Source of the DNA: Macrostomum hystrix
Lineage: Eukaryota > Animalia > Platyhelminthes
Length of the DNA stretch: 64,000 nt
Direction of reading: 5' to 3'
Assembly (NCBI GenBank): GCA_950097015.1
Contig: CATNEN010000025.1
Location: forward strand, 8,122,001 to 8,186,000
Part shown: positions 36,901 through 48,079 of the stretch, one piece after another
Position numbering within the stretch: the first letter of the stretch is position 1
How the letters are laid out: the number at the start of each line of letters is the position of its first letter
Notes under the pieces: model-generated
The model's database searches: none
Told to the model about the DNA's origin: nothing
The model's input: the letters and a program-made list of their open reading frames with translations, nothing else
Made by a program: the position numbers and the translations under genes

Positions 36901-37451
36901 ATGTCCGCCAAACCGCGCGCCGGTTCGCTGCATCCTGCGACGCGCGGCGGTTCCAAGACTGGAGGCTCGCGGTCGCGCTTGAAAAGCGACGCCGCCGTCT
37001 TGTCCGCAGCGGCCGCGTTCGCCAGCGGTCAGGCCGGCTGGCCGGATGAGGCAACAGCGGCTGCGGCCGCGGCAGCCGCCGGCGCACCAGACCCTGCCAA
37101 AGAGGTCTTCCACCGAGTTCGAGTTCAAATCCAGACTCCGCAGGCTCCGCCGGATCTTCTGCTGTGCTTCGCCGGACCGAGGCATCGCGGCTCGGACGAC
37201 CATACTGAGGCCGGCGTCGCGGCGGCTGCTATGTCAGCGGACGGCGGAGGCGCCACCGGGCGACGGACTCCGGGCAGGTCTCGCGGCGCGTCCATTGCGC
37301 CGGCATCTGTCTCATCCGCTGCGGCCTCAGCTAAGTTCGCGTCGTCGTCGAAAAAGTTGCCAGCAACGCTGGAGAGCGGCGGCGGCGGAGGGTCAGGTTC
37401 GGCTCGCCCGCTGTCGGTTCACTCCTCAGCTGATGAGGCTCAGCAGCTGGG
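36901..37451 (+). CDS. ADGB: ADGB exon 1 (low-complexity N-terminus)
   Basis: ATG-initiated GC-rich ORF; phase-2 GTAAGG donor matches the exon 2 acceptor phase; downstream of the X-boxes; no recognisable motif, so the assignment rests on position and phase. Confidence 0.65.
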
Positions 37452-40400
37452 GTAAGGCGACGATGGAGCTGCGATTCGAATGATTGTCAGCCGATTCAGT
37501 TGTCTTGGAAACCGTTGTCAAGCGGGTGGAATCTTGTCAGTAAAGTCAGTAGATACTTTTCTAGAAAAGCCAGGATCCGTATCCTCCAGTCCGCGGGCAA
37601 AATGCGGCCCTCGATGCTGCTGAAGTCAGCCTCCTACAACATCTATGAGCAATCATCCCATATCTGCCGTATCTCATCTCTCCTGTGTCTCATATCTGTT
37701 CCGTGTCTCATCTCTCCCCAGTCTCATCTCTCCTCTGTCTTATCTCTCCCGTGTCTCATCTCTCCCGTGTCTTATCTCTCCCGTGTCTTATCTCTCCTGT
37801 GTCTTATCTCTCCCGTGTCTTATCTCTCCCGTGTCTTATCTCTCCTGTGTCTTATCTCTCCCGTGTCTTATCTCTCCCGTGTCTTATCTCTCCCGTGTCT
37901 TATCTCTCCCGTGTCTTATTAATATGTCCTATTAAAATACGAAATAAACAAACGAGGCGCCGGACGAGGTGCCAAAGCCAATGAATGAGCGGGTTTCTTG
38001 AGGGTTTCTAGAGGGTTTCCTGAGGGTTTCATGAGGGTTTCTAGAGGGTTTCGAGAGGGTTTCTAGAGGGTTTCTAGAGGGTTTCGAGAGGGTTTCTAGA
38101 GGGTTTCTAGAGGGTTTCTAGAGGGTTTCTAGAGGGTTTCTAGAGGGTTTCTAGAGGGTTTCTAGAGGGTTTCTAGAGGGTTTCTAGAGGGTTTCTAGAG
38201 GGTTTCTTGAGGGTTTCTAGAAGGTTTCTTGAGGGTTTCATGAGGGTTCTTCAGGGTTTCTAGAGGGTTTCTAGAGGGTTTCTATAGGGTTTCTATAGGG
38301 TTTCTAGAGGGTTTCTAGAGGGTTTCTAGAGGGTTTCTAGAGGGTTTCTATAGGGTTTCTAGAGGGTTTCTAGAGGGTTTCGAGAGGGTTTCTAGAGGGT
38401 TTCTATAGGGTTTCGATAGGGTTTCTATAGGGTTTCGAGAGGGTTTCGAGAGGGTTTCTAGAGGGTTTCGAGAGGGTTTCTAGTGGGTTTCTAGAGGGTT
38501 TCTAGAGGGTTTCTAGAGGGTTTCTATAGGGTTTCGAGAGGGTTTCTATAGGGTTTCGAGAGGGTTTCTATAGGATTTCTAGAGGGTTTCGAGAAGGTTT
38601 CGAGAGGGTTTCTAGAGGGTTTCGAGAGGGTTTCTAGAGGGTTCAGGGCGCAACTGAAGCTTACTGATCGTTAGTCAATTTTCGTCGGCGAGTGTAGAAT
38701 TAAAAAATTCGCTGGGAAGATAGCTCAGACAGGGACGGAGTCCAGTCACGCAACGTCAGGTAACTCGTAGGTGGAAATTTCTGACTGCTCAGGGAGACTC
38801 AGCGCGTGACTAAATCAAAGGAAGGCCGACTCAAGACTGCAACCCGGTCACACACTAGCCTATGCCGGGATCTGGCTGAATTAATTTGTGAAATCGTTAA
38901 ATTTTTAATGCCTTCGGGTGCTTCCGGACAGTGTACAGATCTCTACAGAAATCTCTCCCGTGTCTCATCTCTCCCTAGTCTCATCTCTCTCGTGTCTTAT
39001 CTGTTCCGTTTCTCATCTCTTCCGTGTCTTATCTGTTCCGTGTCTCATCTCTCCCTAGTCTCATCTCTCTCGTGTCTCATCTCTCCCGTGTCTCATCTCT
39101 CCCGTGTCTCATCTCTCCCGTGTCTCATCTCTCCCGTGTCTCATCTCTCCCGTGTCTCATCTCTCCCGTGTCTCATCTCTCCTGTGTCTCATCTCTCCCG
39201 TGTCTCATCTCTCCCGTGTCTCATCTCTCCCGTGTCTCATCTCTCCCGTGTCTCATCTCTCCCGTGTCTCATCTCTCCCGTGTCTCATCTCTCCCGTGTC
39301 TCATCTCTCCCGTGTCTCATCTCTCCCGTGTCTCATCTCTCCCGTGTCTCATCTCTCCCGTGTCTCATCTCTCCCGTGTCTCATCTCTCCCGTGTCTCAT
39401 CTCTCCCGTGTCTCATCTCTCCCGTGTCTCATCTCTCCCGTGTCTCATCTCTCCCATGTCTCATCTCTCCCGTGTCTTATCTGTTCCGTGTCTGATCTCT
39501 CCCTAGTCTCATCTCCACCCAGTGAGTACTGTTTTTTTTGGCTTTCCTGTTAGGCCCGCGATGCAAATAGGGTGGCAACCCCTGTTTTAAAAAACATAAT
39601 TCTGTAGAATTGCTTAAACTGACCCTTGGCCATGACTATATTTGACGAACTGATAGGGCCGATTTTGATAGAAAATTGCTTACATTTATATTTATATCCA
39701 GAGCGGGCAAAAAAATGCGAAACACCGTTTCCTTTTCATGGATTTGAAATATCCCATTTCGGGATCTGAACGGGCAAAGAGGATCCAAGTCTAGGGAAGA
39801 AGATGACACATACCGTGCGTGTCGAATTTTCTTCCTTTCCCACTCGCAGCCGCCCCCACCTCCGCCGCCGAGTCCGCCTCATCTTGCAGTCACCGCGATT
39901 CGTTTTCCCCCTATCCCATTTTGTTTTAATACTAGTCGTCACGCGAATCGTCACGAAATAATCCCCAAAATCCCCTTTGTAGGATTCGGGCTCTGGTTGG
40001 GTCTGGCCAGTGCTTTGAGGGCGTGGCACTGCAGCTAATATTTTACATATTTTAAGTGTTAAGCTCAAATAATACAATTTGTAAGGGAGATTATAAGGGG
40101 TCAGTGGCAGAGCGGTCTAAACCATTTGCCTCTCGCACCAAGGTCCCTGAGTTCGATTCCGCGGCGAGTCCACATTAATTTCTGTCGCAGCCGCAGTGCG
40201 AAGACTTTGAGGAATTTTCGCCATTGATAGCCAACCTCCAAGGCACAGTGAGAGTGTACACTGCCTGACGATGAGAAAGTCAGGGCAGTTGTACACACCT
40301 GAGGGCTCAGGAGTCAGCGAAACGGGCTGAATTGCCTCCTTGCTTGCTGCGTGTCATCAAATAATGTGAGATTGGCAACTTCACAGCAAGCATCCCACTT

Positions 40401-43400
40401 TCTCTCTTATATAGACCATCAATTCATTCACATGTTCTCATTTTCCAAGCTAGTCAGCATTGACTCAGTGACTCCCTAACCACCCCACTTCACCTCCTCC
40501 CAGCCAAGATCGGAAGAGAATAGAAAGAAGGGAGCTGGGAAATGACCGAGTAGCCGGGGGGGGGCGAATAAAAAAGGTAAGCAATGAGCCAAAAGCATCT
40601 GCGAGAGAGAAAGAGGGAGAGAGAGACTTGGGGGGGGGGCGAAGTGGCCTGCCAGACCGGCTATGCAGAATGATGAATCGCCTGTTCTGATCCAGGAAGT
40701 GCCCAGCGCTCTCTCTCTCGCACACCCACTCCGTGCAAGCAGTCCCGCCTCCTGATTTTTACCCCATACCCACGTGTTCGCCTTGCAAACCAGCCGAGCC
40801 CTCATTATTTACGACTATGGCTCAGGTGCTCAAACTGGTTGAGCATAGACGGAGGCAGCGGATGCGGAGAGGAGAGACGAGGCAGCTAGAGTATAGGGAT
40901 GAGTGGAGGTGGGTGGAGGAGCCTCTATACTTTTTTTTCTCTACCTTTCGACTAGAAGCCAGAGCCTCACAAATTACTTCGGGCTTCGGGTTGAGAAGGA
41001 TTGTCGGACCTGTCCGGCTGTCTCTCCGTCTCACGTTGCGCTCATCCGCGCCTAAAATCCTCCCTTTTTGACAACGAACAAATCCCTTTCTCCCTTTGTG
41101 ATTTTTTTCTTGGTTCACAAAAGGTGACTGATAATGGTCAAGAAAGCCCCCAGCAAGTCCGAGGCTCAATCCCTACTACTCACCGATTTTGTGCTCACAA
41201 TTCTCAGTTTTCCTCAGACCATGACACCCACCCCAGCCCATTTTATAGCCTCAGTGCGTTTCCTAATTACCTAGCTGCTTCTTCTACTTGACTACGTGAG
41301 GATTAGCACGGACTCTCACGCACTCAGACTCACACAATACTCTAATCCGTTTACTAAAACTTATATATGTAAGATTTTGAAGTCGATACAATACTATCCT
41401 GCATCCCTCTTTCAGTTACCCCCCATTCCCCGTCCTTCAGTAACTCCATTCCCCGTCCTTCAGTTACCCCATTCCCCATCCTTCAGTTACCCCATTCCCC
41501 GTCCTTCAGTAACTCCATTCCCCATCCTTCAGTTACCCCATTCCCCGTCCTTCAGTTACCCCATTCCCCATCCTTCAGTTACCACATTCCCCATCTTTCA
41601 GTTACCCCATTCCCCGTCCTTCAGTTACCCCATTCTCCATCCTTCAGTTACCCCATTCCCCGTCCTTCAGTTACCCCATTCCCCGTCCTTCAGTTACCCC
41701 ATTCCCCATCCTTCAGTTACCACATTCCCCATCTTTCAGTTACCCCATTCCCCGTCCTTCAGTTACCCCATTCTCCATCCTTCAGTTACCCCATTCCCCG
41801 TCCTTCAGTTACCCCATTCTCCATCCTTCAGTTACCCCATTCCCCGTCCTTCAGTTACCCCATTCCCCATACTTCAGTTACCCCATTCCCCATCCTTCAG
41901 TTACCCCATTCCCCGTCCTTCAGTTACCCCATTCCCCGTCCTTCAGTTACCCCATTCCCCATCCTTCAGTTACCCCATTCCCCGTCCTTCAGTTACCCCA
42001 TTCCCCATCCTTCAGTTACCCCATTCCCCATCCTTCAGTTACCCCATTCCCCGTCCTTCAGTTACCCCATTCCCCATCCTTCAGTTACCCCATTCCCCAT
42101 ACTTCAGTTACCCCATTCCCCGTCCTTCAGTTACCCCATTCCCCATCCTTCAGTTACCCCATTCCCCATCCTTCAGTTACCCCATTCCCCATCCTTCAGT
42201 TACCCAATTCCGCATCCTTCAGTTACCACATTCCCCATCTTTCAGTTACCCCATTCCCCGTCCTTCATTCACAGTTTCCCATCCTTCATTCACAGTTTCC
42301 CATCCTTCATTCACAGTTTCCCATCCTTCATTCACAGTTTCCCATCCTTCATTCACAGTTTCCCATCCTTCATTCACAGTTTCCCATCCTTCATTCACAG
42401 TTTCCCATCCTTCATTCACAGTTTCCCCATCCTTCATTCACAGTTTCCCCATCCTTCATTCACAGTTTCCCCATCCTTCATTCACAGTTTTCCCATCCTT
42501 CAATCGCAGTTTCCCCATCCACCATCTTTATCCCTCTTTTTCAATTAAGATTTTCTGTAGAGATCTGTACACTGTCCGGAAGCACCCGAAGGCATTAAAA
42601 ATTTAACGATTTCACAAATTAATTCAGCCAGATCCCGGCATAGGCTAGTGTGTGACCGGGTTGCAGTCTTGAGTCGGCCTTCCTTTGATTTAGTCACGCG
42701 CTGAGTCTCCCTGAGCAGTCAGAAATTTCCACCTACGAGTTACCTGACGTTGCGTGACTGGACTCCGTCCCTGTCTGAGCTATCTTCCCAGCGAATTTTT
42801 TAATTCTACACTCGCCGACGAAAATTGACTAACGATCAGTAAGCTTCAGTTGCGCCCTGAACCCTCTAGAAACCCTCTCGAAACCCTCTAGAAACCCTCT
42901 CGAAACCCTCTAGAAACCATCTAGAAACCCTCAAGAAACCCTCAAGAAACCCTCAAGAAACCCTCAAGAAACCCTCAAGAAACCCTCAAGAAACCCTCAA
43001 GAAACCCTCAAGAAACCCTCTAGAAACCTTCTAGAAACCCTCTAGAAACCCTCAAGAAACCCTCTAGAAACCCTCTAGAAACCCTCTAGAAACCCTCTAG
43101 AAACCGTCTAGAAACCCTCTAGAAACCCTCTAGAAACCCTCTAGAAACCCTCTAGAAACCCTCTAGAAACCCTCTAGAAATCCTCTCGAAACCCTCTAGA
43201 AACCCTCTAGAAACCCTCTAGAAAGCCCTGAAGAAACCCTCTAGAAACCCTCTAGAAACCCTCAAGAAACCCTCTAAAAACCCTCTAGAAACCTTCTAGA
43301 AACCCTCTAGAAACCCTCTAGAAACCCTCTAGAAACCCTCTGGAAACCCTCTAGAAACCCTCTAGAAACCCTCTAGAAACCCTCTAGAAACCCTCTAGAA

Positions 43401-44497
43401 ACCCTCTAGAAACCCTGAAGAAACCCTCTAGAAACCCTCTAGAAACCCTCTAGAAACCCTCTAGAAACCCTCTAGAAACCCTCTAGAAACCTTATAGAAA
43501 CCCTCTCGAAACCCTATAGAAACCCTCTAGAAACCCTCTAGAAACCCTCTAGAAATCCTCTCGAAACCCTCTAGAAACCCTCTAGAAACCCTCTAGAAAC
43601 CCTGAGAAACCCTCTAGAAACCCTCTAGAAACCCTCTAGAAACCCTCTAGAAACCCTCTAGAAACCCTCTAGAAACCCTCTAGAAACCTTATAGAAACCC
43701 TCTCGAAACCCTATAGAAACCCTCTAGAAACCCTCTAGAAACCCTCTGGAAACCTTATAGAAACCCTCTCGAAACCCTCTAGAAACCCTCTCGAAACCCT
43801 CTCGAAACCCTCTAGAAACCCTCTAGAAACCCTCTAGAAACCTTATAGAAACCCTCTCGAAACCCTATAGAAACCCTATAGAAACCCTATAGAAACCCTA
43901 TAGAAACCCTATAGAAACCCTATAGAAACCCTATAGAAACCCTCTAGAAACCCTCTCGAAACCCTATAGAAACCCTATAGAAACCCTATCGAAACCCTAT
44001 AGAAACCCTATAGAAACCCTATAGAAACCCTTAGAAACCCGCTCATTCACTAGCTTTGGCGCCTCATTTTTTTATTTCGAATTTCGAACAGTTTTTGTCG
44101 CTAAAATCGAGATGGGTAAATTGTATTTGATACACAAAATCTAGCTCGTAGCAAATTTGATAAATTCAATTCGTTTTCTATTTAAGGTTGGTTTCATCAA
44201 TAGCAGGTAAATTGATTTAATCTGCATAATCTGTATACAGGAAATCTTCAATTGCTGATAGAAGCTATCGAGCTCTCGAGCCTTGAAGACTGATACATTT
44301 TTTTCTGCTCTGGTTTCTGGTTTCCAAGGCCCCAGCTTACCTCTAATCCTTATCGCTCAGTCTCCCAAACTGGGCGTGGTTGAAAAAGAAACACAAACAC
44401 AACTGTTAGGGCAAATACTAGCGGGATAAAACTAGAAGCAGAAGGGGGAAATTTGATATGGGGAAGAAATACGAGGATATTATCGATGAGTTTTTTG

Positions 44498-44535
<38 letters not shown>

Positions 44536-47500
44536 ATTACAGATCCCCAGATTAAATCCCTAAGAGTATAGTTGGGGCTAACAATGCGCAGTCGATATGA
44601 TAAGCCGATTTCTTCGATTTTACCTATTCAATATGAATCTATTCGCTGAGCATAGAGACTGTATAGAGAATATTGAGGTGCGCAGCAGCAGCGGTGAGAA
44701 TTGGATGCTTGATTAAAACTGTGGGGGAAAACTAGGGATCACAGTTGGGAGAATGGGATAGGATCTGATGGATTGGGAATAATCAAGATGTGGCGAGAGA
44801 AACAGTAAGATCAGTGTCTTGATCGGTATCGAGTGACAAGTGAGAGGGATATTTTGGAAAAATTGAAGCCAGTCAGAGGGAGATTTCGGGAAAACTGAGG
44901 GGGAAGTCAGAGGGAGATTTCGGGAAAACTGACGGGAAGTCAGAGGGAGATTTCGGGAAAACTGACGGGGAAGTCAGAGGGAGATTTCGGGAAAACTGAA
45001 GGGGAAGTCAGAGGGAGATTTCGGGAAAACTGACGGGGAAGTCAGAGGAGATTTCGGGAAAACTGAAGGGGAAGTCAGAGGGAGATTTCGGGAAAACTGA
45101 GGGGGAAGTCAGAGGGAGATTTTGGGATAACTGACGGGGAAGTCAGAGGGAGATTTCGGGAAAACTGAGGGGGGAAGTCAGAGAGAGATTTCGGGTAAAC
45201 TGAGGGGGAAGTGAGAGGGAGATTTCGGGAAAACTGAGGGGGAAGTCAGAGGGAGATTTTGGGATAACTGACGGGGAAGTCAGAGGGAGATTTCGGGAAA
45301 ACTGAGGGGGGAAGTCAGAGAGAGATTTCGGGTAAACTGAGGGGGAAGTGAGAGGGAGATTTCGGGAAAACTGAGGGGGAAGTCAGAGGGAGATTTTGTG
45401 AAAAAAGCTGGAGTGACTCATGCAAAATTTGCATGCGCACCTGCATTGCATACTCAGACACAGGAAATGAATTTTTGAGACTAAAAAAAATTGAAGACCC
45501 CTCAAAAAATGTGATTTCAGTTTCTCACACCAAGGCCTCCAGCTGCCCCAGGTGGGCGAGGACTCGCGGGTGTACCAGGTGTGGCCGGAATTCAACGAGG
45601 CCGAAGTCAACAATGAGAAATGGGTGAGTTGGGCAACCGCATGATCAGGGGATGCCAATAATTAACTCCCTGGCTCGCACTAGGCAGGTGGGAACAAGGT
45701 GCGGCGTAGGCAGAGGAAGCCGGCTTGGGTGGGATTTTTCCCCCACTGGCGAGAGTCGGAATCCCAATTAATTTTTTTCCTCCCCTTCACTGGACTAATT
45801 GGCATCTGCGCTCTTTCTTCCTCTTCCTCCTTCTCCTAGTAGATTCGGTTCCAGTCTATTGGCGGCTTGGGGCACGACACAGACGTTGCGGTGGAAGATT
45901 CAGCAAGAAATAGAGAAAGTGATGAGTAGAAAGAAAGAAGCGGAAAAATTTGATTTGAGATCTCCCTCTGGGAGTTGGGAATTCTCAGCGACCAGATTTC
46001 TATTATTAGCATCTCCACCTAACCGGGGGATTCCAAATCCCATGTGTACAGGTGCAATCCCAATGATTTTGAGGATATTTAAGGATTTTTTATGAGCAGT
46101 TGCATACGGCTGTTCTGTCCACGGACTGGGGGACGCCACAAACCCTCAATTATCCCGTCAGAGCCAGCATCGTCGAGATATCCCCGGGGTATTTCTACTG
46201 TTAAACAGCTGGATAGAGTGAAGCGACGCACAGTTAAGTGTTTTGCTAATAGGATGCTGAGTCGGGATTCGAACTCCTGACCTTAATTTCAAGAATCCGT
46301 CTCTAGAACCAGAAACCCACCTAATGGAAAGAACCGAGTCTAAGTCAGTTTAGCTCAGGCTTTTAAGCTTAGAGAAAAGGTAGAGCAAGGACTGCTCACC
46401 TGGGTTGTGCCCATACGGTCTCAGCCAGGAACATGAGCCCCTCCCACCGGCCCAGCCAATCAGAGCCGAGCAGCTCAATTGCAAGCCGTTCTGGACCCGC
46501 ATCCAGTGTCTCACAATGTCCCGGCTGAGATAGCCTCATCCTCCGCTTCCAAGTTGCCGGCTCTGCTTCGAGAGAAAGGAAGAGAGAGAGAGAGAGAACT
46601 CGCTCTCACAAAGGTGGAAGAAGGATGGTGGACAGGGAAGGTAGAGGAGCAGACCCAAGCCGACGCCCTTGAGCACCCACCCCAACGCCGCCAAAATCCC
46701 CGCCCACCCCACCGGAGCACAGGTTGACGGATTGGGGTTGGCGCGAGCTGTGTCCCAATTAGAAAAAGGTATTTCACATTGTGCTCACCGAGGAACATTT
46801 TGCTAAGTCTGGAGGGCGGGGCTTCGGCCCCCCAGCACCATGTGAGCAGGGCAAAATCGATTTTATTTATTTTCATCCCAATTATCTAACTGAGGACTCA
46901 ACAATCGGGCATCAGCAACAGGGAGGCGGCAGATCAAAGGGCACCGATAAGGCGCCGAAGGGGACTGGAGGTGCGGCTGCTGCTGCTGCTGCTGCTGCTG
47001 CCGCGGTATGTATACAAATGCTTGATGCAAGAATAGTTACTGGTGCTGTGTTAGACACTCACTAGCTTGTGTTAGATACTCACTAGATTGTGTTAGACAC
47101 TCACTAGATTGTGTTAGACACTCACTAGATTGTGTTAGACACTCACTAGCTTGTGTTAGACACTCACTAGATTGTGTTAGATACTCACTAGATTGTGATA
47201 GACACTCACTAGCTTGTGTTAGACACTCACTAGGATGTCTTAGACACTCACTAGATTGTGTTAGATACTCATTAGGTTGTGTTAGACACTCACTAGATTG
47301 TGTTCTAATTAAGATTGTGTTAGACACTCATTAGGTTGTGTTAGACACTCACTATATTGTGTTAGACACTCACTATATTGTGTTAGACACTCACTATATT
47401 GTGTTAGACACTCACTAGGTTGTGTTAGACACTCACTAGGTTGTGTTAGACACTCACTAGGTTGTGTTAGACACTCACTAGATTGTGTTAGACACTCATT

Positions 47501-47805
47501 AGGTTGTGTTAGACACTCACTATATTGTGTTAGACACTCACTAGGTTGTGTTAGACACTCACTATATTGTGTTAGACACTCACTAGGTTGTGTTAGACAC
47601 TCACTATATTGTGTTAGACACTCACTAGGTTGTGTTAGACACTCACTAGATTGATTAGACGATGACCACGAAACATCATTGCCTGCAGGCAACTCAGCAG
47701 TACTTCGAAGATCCAGACGGTCCTCTGATGATGCCTCAAGCACTGAGGCCAACACGTTGGGTGCGACCGATGGAGTGGTGGCAGCAGCAGCAGCAACAAC
47801 AACAA

Positions 47806-47855
<50 letters not shown>

Positions 47856-47874
47856 GCAACAACAACAACAACAA

Positions 47875-47910
<36 letters not shown>

Positions 47911-48026
47911 CAGAAACAGCAACAGCAACAAAAGCAACAGCAGCAGCAGCTGCAACAGCCAGCAATAAATTCCCAGCAACAAAAACAGCAAGAGAAACAG
48001 TTGACCCAGCCTCAGAAGCAGCAATC

Positions 48027-48079
<53 letters not shown>

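Larger units (their letters stand above)
37935..44084. mobile_element. Foldback-like long inverted-repeat structure (arms about 37935-38953 and 42549-44084)
   Basis: About 310 bp of unique sequence (38641-38953) is the reverse complement of 42549-42862, apparently identical by eye except one base in an A run. Each arm carries an outer 12-bp array (GGGTTTCTAGAG) of different length, and the outer ends also match. No TSD or transposase found. Confidence 0.75.

Noticed and set aside
40097-40175. tRNA gene candidates at SINE heads (also 59004-59075 and 55110-55187)
   Set aside because: A and B boxes are present, but I could not form an acceptor stem or a proper anticodon arm, and each runs into the shared SINE body.
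39540-41400. Short ORFs between the foldback arms as a possible transposase
   Set aside because: All are 115 aa or shorter, and none shows DDE, zinc-finger, RT or Rep/helicase motifs.
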